From IMG/VR virus record IMGVR_UViG_3300025513_000015, positions 1 through 43,080 of that record: 43,080 nt of DNA, one strand, 5' to 3'. Positions 1-9,145 of this stretch are shown here, piece by piece (within the stretch, counting starts at the first letter, position 1; every line of letters starts with the position of its first letter). The DNA comes from a virus (taxonomy: Duplodnaviria; Caudoviricetes). The notes beneath the pieces were generated by a model. It was not told the DNA's origin. It saw nothing but the letters and a program-made list of their open reading frames with translations, and ran no database searches. Made by a program: the position numbers and the translations under genes.

Positions 1-1
1 T

Positions 2-820
2 TCTGATGGATTTGGTTTAATGTACGCTAAAAATAACAAACTAATAATTGATAAAATTATTCCTAAGAATTTTAATGATTGTTTAAACTTGTTTAATTTG
101 CATAAATCAGAAACAAATAAAATAGCGATGCATTTTAGATTTACAACAGAAGGGGTCTCAACTTTAGAAAATTGCCACCCGTTTATATCATTTGAAAATG
201 AAAATAAATCTATTGCTATGATGCACAACGGGGCTAGATTGCCTATCCCTTTATTAAATAAAAAAAATAGTGATACGTATTTCTTTAATGAAAACTATTT
301 AAAACCTTTATTTATTAAAAATAAAAATATCTTACATAGTCAATATTTTATTGAGCAGTTAGAAAAGCATATTGATAGCGATAAATTAGTTTTTTTAGAT
401 ACTAAGGCAAATCAATTTTTTATAATTAATAAAAATGAGGGTAATTTTGTTGGTAAAAATTGGTATTCTAATAGCTACTGGAAGGATACTCCAATGACCT
501 ATAGCAACTTTAATAATTACAATTATATTAATGATGATTATGATTATGATTTAGAAAGTTATAATTTTCAAAAATCTAATTCTATTGTAAATATTAACAG
601 TCAAAAACAATATGACCTATACGAGCCTTTATCAGCTATTGAGGTTTTAAATCTTGATCTACCTGATATTGATATGATGATTGATGATTATATATCTAGC
701 GATCAACAGGAATTAGTATCAGAGTTAATTTTTGAATTATGCGAAAAATTAAAAGCTAAAAATAATTTATCAATTAAACCTGTGTTAACTGAAGAAAAGA
801 AAGGGGATTTAAAAATATGA
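2..820 (+). CDS. Class II (Ntn) glutamine amidotransferase-like protein, 5'-truncated by the window edge
   Basis: Frame is open from position 2 (SDGFGLMY...), so the ATG at 20 is internal. Motifs DGFG, HFRFTT, NCHPF and MMHNG are typical of phage class II GATase-like proteins. Confidence 0.8.
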   Translation, partial: SDGFGLMYAKNNKLIIDKIIPKNFNDCLNLFNLHKSETNKIAMHFRFTTEGVSTLENCHPFISFENENKSIAMMHNGARLPIPLLNKKNSDTYFFNENYLKPLFIKNKNILHSQYFIEQLEKHIDSDKLVFLDTKANQFFIINKNEGNFVGKNWYSNSYWKDTPMTYSNFNNYNYINDDYDYDLESYNFQKSNSIVNINSQKQYDLYEPLSAIEVLNLDLPDIDMMIDDYISSDQQELVSELIFELCEKLKAKNNLSIKPVLTEEKKGDLKI

Positions 821-927
821 TTGAAGGATTAATTTACTGGAAGTTTATACTGTGGGTATCTTTTATTCTAGTATGCTTTCTTTTAATTGGTTTTTGTTTG
901 GTTGTTTCTGATACTAATCAAGATTAA
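817..927 (+). CDS. Small membrane protein (36 aa, MIEGLIYWKFILWVSFILVCFLLIGFCLVVSDTNQD)
   Basis: Manually translated. ATGA overlap with the previous stop, AAGGGGA upstream, one hydrophobic helix. Confidence 0.6.
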   Translation: MIEGLIYWKFILWVSFILVCFLLIGFCLVVSDTNQD

Positions 928-943
928 TTAATTAAATATTCTA

Positions 944-978
944 TATTGGGGGATTAGTTTTTATACATTCCCCCAATA
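944..978. terminator. Inverted repeat TATTGGGGGA/TCCCCCAATA; possible terminator or protein-binding site
   Basis: 10-bp perfect stem with 15-nt loop just after the last + ORF of the left block. No good U-tract on + (A-rich follows, which is T-rich on -). Confidence 0.4.
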
Positions 979-1046
979 AACAAAAAGAAATCATTATTAA
1001 ACTTATTTCCTTATTTTCCCCCAATTAATAAAATCCTAATAGCCTT

Positions 1047-1143
1047 TGAGCCGTTGTCCATTCATCATTATTATTTAGTCAATATCTATGAGCCGTTAGC
1101 CATTGCCCGTGAGCCGTTGCCCGCGTGCCGTGAGCCATTGCCC
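1047..1143. repeat. GC-rich phased direct repeats TGAGCC(G/A)TT
   Basis: Copies start at 1047, 1089, 1110 and 1131 (spacings 42, 21, 21) in AT-rich non-coding DNA. Confidence 0.85.
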
Positions 1144-1167
1144 ATGTGGATAGATGGCAAGTCCGCC

Positions 1168-1209
1168 ACCATTATCAATTTTTTATGAAATAAAAAATTA
1201 GATAATGGT
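1168..1209. repeat. Long inverted repeat (19-bp arms, GAA loop, one bulged A)
   Basis: ACCATTATC-AATTTTTTAT gaa ATAAAAAATT-a-GATAATGGT. Confidence 0.85.
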
Positions 1210-1415
1210 AGAACAATAATAAAAGACCGAAGGTCAATATGTACTTAACCATGTACAACGAACAATTAATATTTAAGAGTATCATTGAGCAATGAGTAGT
1301 TAGCAAAGTACTATCGATTTATTCTACAAAAGGTATTAGTTCTGTATCTAAGGCTAGACCCTAAATTCAGGGTAGACTTGTAGACTTGCTCTAGTATATA
1401 ACTATACAGACATAA

Positions 1416-2900
1416 ATGGATGAGAATTCGATAGATTTAGACTTGATGACTCCCGAAGAGCGTGTGCTCTTTGTAAGGAAACTTGAACTTAAAAAGCGAC
1501 AGTTAGAACTTGCTCAATCATCCCGAGAAAATTTTCTTGATTATGTGAAAAATATCTGGCCCGATTTCATAGGGGGGGAGCACCATAAAATCATTGCAGG
1601 CAAACTAGAGGCCCTAAGAGACGGAAAGATAAAAAGATTAATTGTAAACATGCCTCCTCGACATACAAAGTCTGAGTTTGCCAGTTATTTGTTTCCATCT
1701 TGGATGATGGGGCATAACCCTAAATTGAAGATTATTCAAACCACCCATACAGCAGAGCTAGCATATCGTTTTGGTAGAAAGGTTCGTAACTTGATGAACG
1801 AACAAGAATTTAAAGATGTGTTCCCTGGAGTAGAATTAAGAGCAGACTCACAGGCAGCGGGCCGTTGGGAAACAAACCATGGCGGTGAATACTTCGCAGC
1901 TGGTGTAGGAGGTTCTATCACGGGTCGTGGTGCAGACTTACTGATCATTGATGATCCGCATTCCGAGCAAGATGCCATGTCCAAGACTGCTATGGAAAAT
2001 GCCTGGGAATGGTACACCTCTGGTCCTAGACAACGTTTACAACCTGGTGGTGCGATAGTCGTGGTCATGACAAGATGGTCAGAGACGGATTTAACAGAAA
2101 GATTAATTGAAGCGCAGAGTAAAGATTCCCATGCCGACCAATGGGAGATTATTGATTTCCCTGCACTCAAAGAAGATGGACAACCTATCTGGTCAGAGTA
2201 TTGGAAGAAGGAGCAGTTGGACGCGGTCAAAGCCTCACTGCCCGTGAGCAAATGGAACGCACAATGGCAGCAACAACCCACGAGTGAAGAAACGAGTATT
2301 CTTAAACGAGAGTGGTGGCAAATATGGGATAAGGATTCTATGCCTAAAGTGGAATATATTATTCAATCCTACGACACGGCTTTTAGTGCACGGACCACTG
2401 CCGACTTCTCAGCCATTACAACCTGGGGAGTTTTTACAAATGAAGCAACGAACAAACAAAATATTATTTTATTGGATGCACAAAAGGGCAGATGGGATTT
2501 TCCAGATCTCAAACGTATCGCACTAGAGGAAAATAAATATTGGCAACCTGAGCAAATAGTCATCGAAGCCAAAGCAACGGGGCTCCCCCTAACTCACGAA
2601 TTACAAGCAATGGGGATTCCGGTCATCAATTTTACACCGAGTAGAGGCAATGACAAATTGGTAAGGGTCAATTCCATTTCACCTTTATTCGAATCAGGGA
2701 TGGTTTGGGCACCCGATTATAAATGGGCAGAAGAAGTGATTGAAGAATGCGCAGCTTTCCCGTATGGTAGATACGATGATTACGTGGACAGCACAACACA
2801 AGCATTGATGAGATACAGACAATTTGGAGCTTTAGTCCACGATTATGACGAAGAAATGGAAAAACCTGAAAGAAGGAATATTAGTTACTATGCAACGTAA
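1416..2900 (+). CDS. terL: Terminase large subunit
   Basis: Walker A-like LIVNMPPRHTKS, ITGRGADLLIIDDP (Walker B), MTRW coupling motif, C-terminal RNase H-like nuclease (SYDTA ... DDYVDS). Confidence 0.95.
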   Translation: MDENSIDLDLMTPEERVLFVRKLELKKRQLELAQSSRENFLDYVKNIWPDFIGGEHHKIIAGKLEALRDGKIKRLIVNMPPRHTKSEFASYLFPSWMMGHNPKLKIIQTTHTAELAYRFGRKVRNLMNEQEFKDVFPGVELRADSQAAGRWETNHGGEYFAAGVGGSITGRGADLLIIDDPHSEQDAMSKTAMENAWEWYTSGPRQRLQPGGAIVVVMTRWSETDLTERLIEAQSKDSHADQWEIIDFPALKEDGQPIWSEYWKKEQLDAVKASLPVSKWNAQWQQQPTSEETSILKREWWQIWDKDSMPKVEYIIQSYDTAFSARTTADFSAITTWGVFTNEATNKQNIILLDAQKGRWDFPDLKRIALEENKYWQPEQIVIEAKATGLPLTHELQAMGIPVINFTPSRGNDKLVRVNSISPLFESGMVWAPDYKWAEEVIEECAAFPYGRYDDYVDSTTQALMRYRQFGALVHDYDEEMEKPERRNISYYAT

Positions 2901-2919
2901 TTTATGTTATAAAAATTAA

Positions 2920-5355
2920 ATGGCAGATATAGATAAAATTTTAAACCAAGCTCCGACTGAAACGATTGAAGAATCAGCAGAGATCATTGAAAGCAACCCT
3001 AGTGATTTATCACAATTAGAAGTAGAGACAGAAGAAGAAGGAAGTGAAGTATTATCTTTAGGGGGAGAAGAAGGAGGAGGAGAGGAAGACTCAGAGGAAG
3101 ACTTCGCGGCTAACTTAGCTGAATCATTATCCGATGAGGTCATGTCAAAAATTTCAAACGAATTAAGAGCACAGTATGAAGTTGATTTAACTTCAAGAGA
3201 CGAATGGGAACAAGCCTACATCAAAGGATTAGATCTTCTAGGATTTAAGTATGTTGTTCGCTCACAACCTTTCCGTGGTGCGTCGTCAGTTTCTCACCCT
3301 CTTTTAGCAGAGGCCGTCACACAATTTCAAGCTGGAGCGTATAAAGAATTATTACCTTCTGGCGGTCCTGTTAAAACAGCTATCGTAGGTGAAGTGACAA
3401 CAGAAGTGGAACAACAAGCAGAACGTGTTAAAGAATTTATGAATTATCAAATCATGTACAAGATGAAAGAATACGATCCAGAGATGGACCAACTTCTATT
3501 TCATCTACCTCTAGCGGGCAGTGCATTTAAAAAAGTTTATTACGATGGCAACATGGGAAGACCTTGTTCTAAATTTATTCCAAGTGAAGACCTGGTGGTG
3601 AATTACGGAGCAACAGATTTAAATGATGCAGAAAGAATTACTCATCAAATAAAAATTTCTCCTAATGATTTAAAAAGACAAATGCTTTCTGGTTTTTACA
3701 GAGATTCAGATATTGATGTGAATGAAGATGAATCAATGTATCAAAGTTATTCTCAAATTAAAGAAAAGTATGATGAGTTAGAAGGCGTAAGAAAATCAGA
3801 GTACAGCGGACAATATATGTTATTAGAAATGCACGTTGAGTTAGACCTCGAAGGTTTTGAAAACATAGATGGAAGCGGAGCTCCAACAGGATTAAAACTT
3901 CCTTACGTTGTAACCATTGAACAAGGGCAAGGAAAAATTTTATCTATTTATAGAAACTACGCACCAGACGATGGTTTGTTTTTAAGAAAAGAATTTTTTG
4001 TTCATTACAAGTTTTTACCGGGTCTTGGTTTTTATGGTTTTGGTTTAGTGCATATGCTAGGAGGTTTAACAAGAACCGCAACAGCAGCACTTAGACAACT
4101 TCTTGACGCTGGAACTTTATCTAATTTACCTGCTGGCTTTAAAGCTAGAGGACTTCGTGTACGTGACGATGGTGAGCCTCTCCAACCTGGTGAGTTCAGA
4201 GATGTAGATGCTCCGAATAATGATATTCGTGGATCATTGATGCCTCTTCCTTACAAAGGTCCAGATCAAACTTTATTTTCTTTATTAGGATATGTTGTAG
4301 ATGCTGGTAGAAGATTCGCTGCTATTGCAGATATGAAAGTAGGAGATGGTTCTCAAGCTAATCCTGTAGGAACTACAATGGCATTATTAGAACAGGGTAC
4401 CAAGGTAATGAGTGGTATTCATAAACGTTGTCATTATGCACAAAGAAATGAATTTGATTTATTAGCTAAATTATTTGCTAGCACTTTACCACCAGAATAT
4501 CCTTATAGTGTTGAAGGTGGGAATAGACAAATTAAAGCTCAAGACTTTGATGATAGAGTAGATATCCAACCAGTTTCTGATCCTAATATTTTTTCTTCAA
4601 GTCAAAGAATTATGATGGCTCAAACACAATTACAATTAGCACAAGCTAATCCAGAAATTCACAATCAATATGAAGCATACAGAAGAATGTATGAAGCTTT
4701 AGGAGTACAAGCTATCGAAGCTATTCTACCTCCTCCCGCTCAACCTCAACCTATTGATCCAGCAATGGAAAATGCTCAGTCATTAGGACTAATGTCTTTA
4801 ATTGTTTTTCAAGAACAAAATCACGAAGCACACATAGAAGCACATAGAGCTTTTATGAGTTCCTCTTTAGTCAGAAACAATATTCAAGTAGCTACTATTT
4901 TACAAGGACACATCATAGAGCACGCAGGAGCTATGGCTAGACTAGAAGTTATGCAAGAAATTCAACCTCAATTAGCTAAAGAAGCTGAAAAATTTGGAGG
5001 AAAGATTCCAGAAGATCTACAAGTTCAATTTAATGCGCAAATTGAAAGTCAAGTAGCTATTAAGATTGCAGCCATAACAGATGATATGGTAGCTGAAGAA
5101 CAAGAATCTTTACCTATTGGTGGAGATGATCCTCTTGTTGAAATTAAAAACAGAGAAATTGATATTGATCAACAAAGACTCAACTTAAAAGCAGCAGATG
5201 ATATAGCTCTTAGAAAAATTGAATTAGATAGATTGGAACAAAAGGCTTCAGTCGATCAACAAAGAGTTCAAGCACAATATGATATCGCTGATCAAAGAAC
5301 AGAAGTTCAAAGAGAACGAATCGATGTTCAGAGGAAGAGAGTAAATAATGAATAA
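2920..5355 (+). CDS. Portal protein
   Basis: 811 aa directly after terminase. HPLLAEAVTQFQA and RQLLDAGTLSNLP motifs seen in marine podovirus portals; C-terminal coiled coil. Confidence 0.85.
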   Translation: MADIDKILNQAPTETIEESAEIIESNPSDLSQLEVETEEEGSEVLSLGGEEGGGEEDSEEDFAANLAESLSDEVMSKISNELRAQYEVDLTSRDEWEQAYIKGLDLLGFKYVVRSQPFRGASSVSHPLLAEAVTQFQAGAYKELLPSGGPVKTAIVGEVTTEVEQQAERVKEFMNYQIMYKMKEYDPEMDQLLFHLPLAGSAFKKVYYDGNMGRPCSKFIPSEDLVVNYGATDLNDAERITHQIKISPNDLKRQMLSGFYRDSDIDVNEDESMYQSYSQIKEKYDELEGVRKSEYSGQYMLLEMHVELDLEGFENIDGSGAPTGLKLPYVVTIEQGQGKILSIYRNYAPDDGLFLRKEFFVHYKFLPGLGFYGFGLVHMLGGLTRTATAALRQLLDAGTLSNLPAGFKARGLRVRDDGEPLQPGEFRDVDAPNNDIRGSLMPLPYKGPDQTLFSLLGYVVDAGRRFAAIADMKVGDGSQANPVGTTMALLEQGTKVMSGIHKRCHYAQRNEFDLLAKLFASTLPPEYPYSVEGGNRQIKAQDFDDRVDIQPVSDPNIFSSSQRIMMAQTQLQLAQANPEIHNQYEAYRRMYEALGVQAIEAILPPPAQPQPIDPAMENAQSLGLMSLIVFQEQNHEAHIEAHRAFMSSSLVRNNIQVATILQGHIIEHAGAMARLEVMQEIQPQLAKEAEKFGGKIPEDLQVQFNAQIESQVAIKIAAITDDMVAEEQESLPIGGDDPLVEIKNREIDIDQQRLNLKAADDIALRKIELDRLEQKASVDQQRVQAQYDIADQRTEVQRERIDVQRKRVNNE

Positions 5356-5608
5356 GAAAATAGATAAAAAAAAGTGGGAAGAAGTAGATCAAGAAATAGT
5401 TGCTTCCTTAACAGCAGAGTTTAAAGCTTTGTTCGGTGTTTATGAAGCACAAGGAGTAGAACCTTTAGCTATGGCATCAGCTATGCTATGCGTTGGGCAG
5501 TGGGCCATGAAGCAAGAAATAGGCTTGAAACAAACTCAGGATTTGTTAAAGTTATTATCAACATTTAGATATGTCGAGTTTAGACATGTAAATGAAACAT
5601 TACACTAG
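5348..5608 (+). CDS. Hypothetical protein
   Basis: 86-aa ORF overlapping the portal stop; fits operon tiling. Confidence 0.65.
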   Translation: MNKKIDKKKWEEVDQEIVASLTAEFKALFGVYEAQGVEPLAMASAMLCVGQWAMKQEIGLKQTQDLLKLLSTFRYVEFRHVNETLH

Positions 5609-5616
5609 GAGGCACG

Positions 5617-5940
5617 ATGAAAAATAAAAGTTTTCCAGATATGACAGGTGACGGCAAAGTCACTAAAAAAGATATTTTAAAAGCTAGAGGTGTCCCAGGA
5701 TTTAAAAAAGGTGGCGAAATGACTAAAAAAAATAAAAATAAAAAAGGTATGGTAGTGGAAGTCAATATAAGACCAGCTACTAAAACTGAAATGAAAATGG
5801 CAAAGAAAATGAACAAAGGTGGAATGGTCGAAGACCTAGGATCACCGAAAGAAGTTTCTTTTAACTCCGCTGGTGGTAAGTCCACAATGCGTGGTATGGG
5901 TGCAGCAACTAAAGGCGGCAAATTTCAAGGAGTATTTTAA
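5617..5940 (+). CDS. Basic hypothetical protein with EF-hand-like DxxGDG and xxKGG motifs
   Basis: AGGAGG SD; DMTGDGKVTKKD; FKKGG, MNKGG, ATKGG. Confidence 0.75.
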   Translation: MKNKSFPDMTGDGKVTKKDILKARGVPGFKKGGEMTKKNKNKKGMVVEVNIRPATKTEMKMAKKMNKGGMVEDLGSPKEVSFNSAGGKSTMRGMGAATKGGKFQGVF

Positions 5941-6420
5941 ATGACTATAAAAAAAGAAGAAATGTATAAAGGTGGTAAAGCAGTTATATCTGATAGGCAA
6001 AGAGAAAAAATAGAAAAAGCTATAGATGGGTTTTTAAATTCACAAGGAAAGGAGAATAGCTATAAAAAAAAAGAAACATTTGGCAACAAAGAAGAAATAA
6101 TGAGAAGAATCGCTGCAGATGAAGATCTTAGTCCAGAAGAGGTAGAAAGATATACAGCTAATTATATTAAACGCACCGCTGAAAGAGGCAGTAGGTTTAA
6201 GACAAAAGATGGTAAGATGTATTATAAGGCAGGTTACACCAAAGAAGGAGATTCTAAAAAAGCTATGGGTAAACAAGCTATGGCATTACAAAAAAAATTA
6301 GGATTAGTTAAAGACGGTAAGAAAAATTCAAGCCCTACACAAATGGACAAAGATAATGCTTCTAAAAAAAGTAGAGGTGGACTTATGAGAAAACCTAAGT
6401 TAGCTAAAAGAGGATTTTAA
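5941..6420 (+). CDS. Basic hypothetical protein
   Basis: Starts immediately after the previous stop; AAGGAG upstream; MYKGG and KSRGG motifs. Confidence 0.7.
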   Translation: MTIKKEEMYKGGKAVISDRQREKIEKAIDGFLNSQGKENSYKKKETFGNKEEIMRRIAADEDLSPEEVERYTANYIKRTAERGSRFKTKDGKMYYKAGYTKEGDSKKAMGKQAMALQKKLGLVKDGKKNSSPTQMDKDNASKKSRGGLMRKPKLAKRGF

Positions 6421-6546
6421 TTGACAAGTTATAAGGCAATTCAAAAACCTAAAAGACTTACTAGAACGATTCCTCCAAAGCGAGGACCCAATCCCCAAGG
6501 TATTAATTTAGTGAAAAGTAAAAAGGTAAAAAAAGAAATTGCTTAA
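6421..6546 (+). CDS. Small basic protein (41 aa, MTSYKAIQKPKRLTRTIPPKRGPNPQGINLVKSKKVKKEIA)
   Basis: Manually translated. TTG start right after the previous stop, AGAGGA upstream, fills the gap exactly up to the holin. Confidence 0.6.
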   Translation: MTSYKAIQKPKRLTRTIPPKRGPNPQGINLVKSKKVKKEIA

Positions 6547-6958
6547 TCAATTATTAGGCGGAGGCTTAGTTAAAACTGTAGGAGCAATAATAGATTCCGT
6601 TCACACAAGTGAAGAAGAAAAAAATAATGCTAAGATTAAACTCAAAGAAATTGAAGCAAGTCTTAATCAAGCACAAACTCAAATTAATTTAGCTGACTCT
6701 AAATCCACTGCCACAGGCATTGGTGGTATTATGCAGCGGTCGTGGCGCCCCCTCATCGGGATGAGTTGCGCCCTAGCAATCTTGTGGGAGTATGTTTTAA
6801 AACAATTTATAGTTTTTATATTGGCAGCATTTAGTATTGAACATGCACCTTTACCTGAGCTTGACATGTCAACCCTATTCCCTCTTGTCATGGCTTTATT
6901 AGGCATGGCGGGAATAAGATCCTTCGACAAGGTCAGGAAAGTTAATTCAGATAAATAG
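6539..6958 (+). CDS. Putative holin (GTA-type 3TM holin family)
   Basis: N-terminal amphipathic helix, SWRPLIG motif, two hydrophobic segments, LLGMAGIRSFDK C-terminus. Confidence 0.75.
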   Translation: MLNQLLGGGLVKTVGAIIDSVHTSEEEKNNAKIKLKEIEASLNQAQTQINLADSKSTATGIGGIMQRSWRPLIGMSCALAILWEYVLKQFIVFILAAFSIEHAPLPELDMSTLFPLVMALLGMAGIRSFDKVRKVNSDK

Positions 6959-7197
6959 TGGCTCAAGAGATAACAATATACGTAGCTATTCTCCGTTTAA
7001 TTAATAGTAGACAAAGTGACTTAAAAGATACTATATTAGATGGGAACGTAGAGAATTGGGCAAATTACCAATACCTAGTTGGGCAACTCACTTCTCTTCG
7101 CAAACTCGATGCAGATGTTAGGGATTTGTTTCGCAAATGGGAGGTAGACGATGACGATGACGACAATGACACCTGGGATAGTGATTCCAGAAAATAA
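6958..7197 (+). CDS. Hypothetical protein
   Basis: GTG start overlapping the holin stop; YQYLVGQL motif; acidic tail overlaps groES. Confidence 0.7.
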   Translation: MAQEITIYVAILRLINSRQSDLKDTILDGNVENWANYQYLVGQLTSLRKLDADVRDLFRKWEVDDDDDDNDTWDSDSRK

Positions 7198-7621
7198 AAT
7201 AGTAGGAATGAAACCTACAAATAAAATAGAAATACCAAAAAAAACTGAAGAAGTTAAGTTTGAAAAGCCTAATGAAAATCAGTTATCTAAAGTTCCTAAA
7301 CCAACAGGGTGGAGATTAGTAGTCTTACCTTATAGAGGTATAGGTAAAACTAAAGGTGGTGTTTTACTAACAGACAATGCCGTAGAAGAACAACAGATAG
7401 CATCTGTTTGTGCTCTCGTCTTAGAAGTTGGTCCTGATGCTTATCAAGATAAAGCAAAATTTCCCCAAGGTCCTTGGTGTAAAAAAGGAGATTGGATTGT
7501 CATATCACGTTACGCTGGTTCAAGAATTAAAATTGAAGGTGGCGAATTACGTATTTTAAATGATGATGAAATTTTAGCGACTATTGATAGTCCAGAAGAT
7601 ATTTTAGGAGTAGTAACATGA
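7151..7621 (+). CDS. groES: GroES/Cpn10-like co-chaperonin
   Basis: PTGWRLVV...KTKGGVLL...VLEVGP...GDWIVISRYAG...LRILNDDEILA; GGAGGT SD. Confidence 0.9.
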   Translation: MTMTTMTPGIVIPENKIVGMKPTNKIEIPKKTEEVKFEKPNENQLSKVPKPTGWRLVVLPYRGIGKTKGGVLLTDNAVEEQQIASVCALVLEVGPDAYQDKAKFPQGPWCKKGDWIVISRYAGSRIKIEGGELRILNDDEILATIDSPEDILGVVT

Positions 7622-8622
7622 ACGCAGTAGATAAAGAAATTGAAATGCTTCAAGCAGAGAAAAAAACCAAACCTACTTCTTCTTACGAAGTCGAAGTCAC
7701 TTCTGATGATATAATAGAAACATCATCGGAAAATGAAGTTGAATTTAAAGAAGAAAAAAAAACTTTTGAAGTAGAAGAAGATTCATCACAAGGAGAAGAT
7801 CCTGTTGTTGAAAATATTAGTAAAGCTGAAGAAGTTAAAGAAGAAGATGGAAAAGGTAAGTACAGTAAATCTATTCAAAAAAGATTTGATGAATATGCTT
7901 ATCAATTAGGTGAATCTAAAAGAAGAGAAGAAGAAGCAATTACAATTGCTCAAGCAATTAAATCAGAAAGAGACAAAGTTAAAGCTACCTTAGAACAACT
8001 TAACAAAGGTTATGTTGATGAAATGGGTGGAAGAGTAACGGGTTCTCTAACTGCTGCTAAAGCTAAATTAAAAAAAGCAATGGAAGACGCTGATTATGAA
8101 GCTGTCGCTGATTCTCAATTAGAAATTGGTAAATTAAGTACAGACCAAGCTAGATATGAAGATCTTAAAGTTAGAGTTGAAAGACAGCAAAATGCACCTA
8201 AGCAACAAGAAATTGAAATACCACAACCACAGCCACAACAACCTGTTAAAGATCCTAAAGCAGAATCTTGGGCAGCTGGTAATGAATGGTTTGGTTCAGA
8301 TAAAGTTATGACAAACGTCGCTTATGCAATTCACGAAGAATTAGTTAATCAGGGGGTTGATCCTCGTACAGATTACTACTATACTGAAATTGATAAACGA
8401 ATGAGAGATAATCTCCCTCATAAGTTTGAACAACAAAATTCTTCACAAGAGGAATCCGTCACGCAACAGCCCGTCCAAACCGTTGCAGGCGCACGTCGAA
8501 ACAGAGGCACAGGACGCAACATAGTTAAGTTGTCAAGTTCAGAAGCGGCAATCGCAAAACGACTTGGTCTTTCCAACGAACAATATGCGTCGGAAAAACT
8601 AAAGTTACAGAGAGGTAATTAA
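7618..8622 (+). CDS. Putative capsid scaffolding protein
   Basis: Acidic N-terminus, long coiled coil, WAxxNEWF and AIAKRLGLS..Y C-terminus; upstream of capsid genes. Confidence 0.6.
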   Translation: MNAVDKEIEMLQAEKKTKPTSSYEVEVTSDDIIETSSENEVEFKEEKKTFEVEEDSSQGEDPVVENISKAEEVKEEDGKGKYSKSIQKRFDEYAYQLGESKRREEEAITIAQAIKSERDKVKATLEQLNKGYVDEMGGRVTGSLTAAKAKLKKAMEDADYEAVADSQLEIGKLSTDQARYEDLKVRVERQQNAPKQQEIEIPQPQPQQPVKDPKAESWAAGNEWFGSDKVMTNVAYAIHEELVNQGVDPRTDYYYTEIDKRMRDNLPHKFEQQNSSQEESVTQQPVQTVAGARRNRGTGRNIVKLSSSEAAIAKRLGLSNEQYASEKLKLQRGN

Positions 8623-8623
8623 T

Positions 8624-9085
8624 ATGACGATAGATAAAACACCAAGATCTGCTTCCACAAGGAAAAGCGAAAGTCGAGTAAAAGAATGGCAACTACCAAG
8701 TACGCTTGATACCCCTGACGCACCTGAAGGTTATAAATTCAGATGGATTAGGCAATCAGTAAGAGGATATGAAGATAACAAAAATGTTATCGGTCGAATT
8801 AGACAAGGTTATGAACTTGTCCGAGCTGACGAATTTCCCGATTTTGATTTCCCAACCGAAGCTGAAGGAAAACACAAAGGCATTGTTTCAGTGGGTGGAT
8901 TATTATTGGCAAAGGTGCCTTTAGAGATAGCAAAACAACGTAATGATTATTACAAAAAAATATCCCAGGATCAGCAAGATGCAGTGGATAACGATCTCTT
9001 TAAGGACGAACATCCTTCTATGCCTTTACATAGACCAGAGCGAAAAACTAAAGTTACGTTCGGTGGTTCTTCAAAAGACGAATAG
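8624..9085 (+). CDS. Head-module hypothetical protein
   Basis: AGAGGT SD; GYKFRWIR and VGGLLLAK motifs; head operon position. Confidence 0.75.
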   Translation: MTIDKTPRSASTRKSESRVKEWQLPSTLDTPDAPEGYKFRWIRQSVRGYEDNKNVIGRIRQGYELVRADEFPDFDFPTEAEGKHKGIVSVGGLLLAKVPLEIAKQRNDYYKKISQDQQDAVDNDLFKDEHPSMPLHRPERKTKVTFGGSSKDE

Positions 9086-9145
9086 TTTTTAAAAAACCAA
9101 GACGTAGCACTTACTTAATAACCATACTTTATAAAGGAGTATAAC

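Noticed and set aside
1047-1143. Possible CRISPR mini-array
   Set aside because: Repeats are only 9-13 nt with a 21-nt period, the intervening sequence is itself repetitive, and there are no cas genes.
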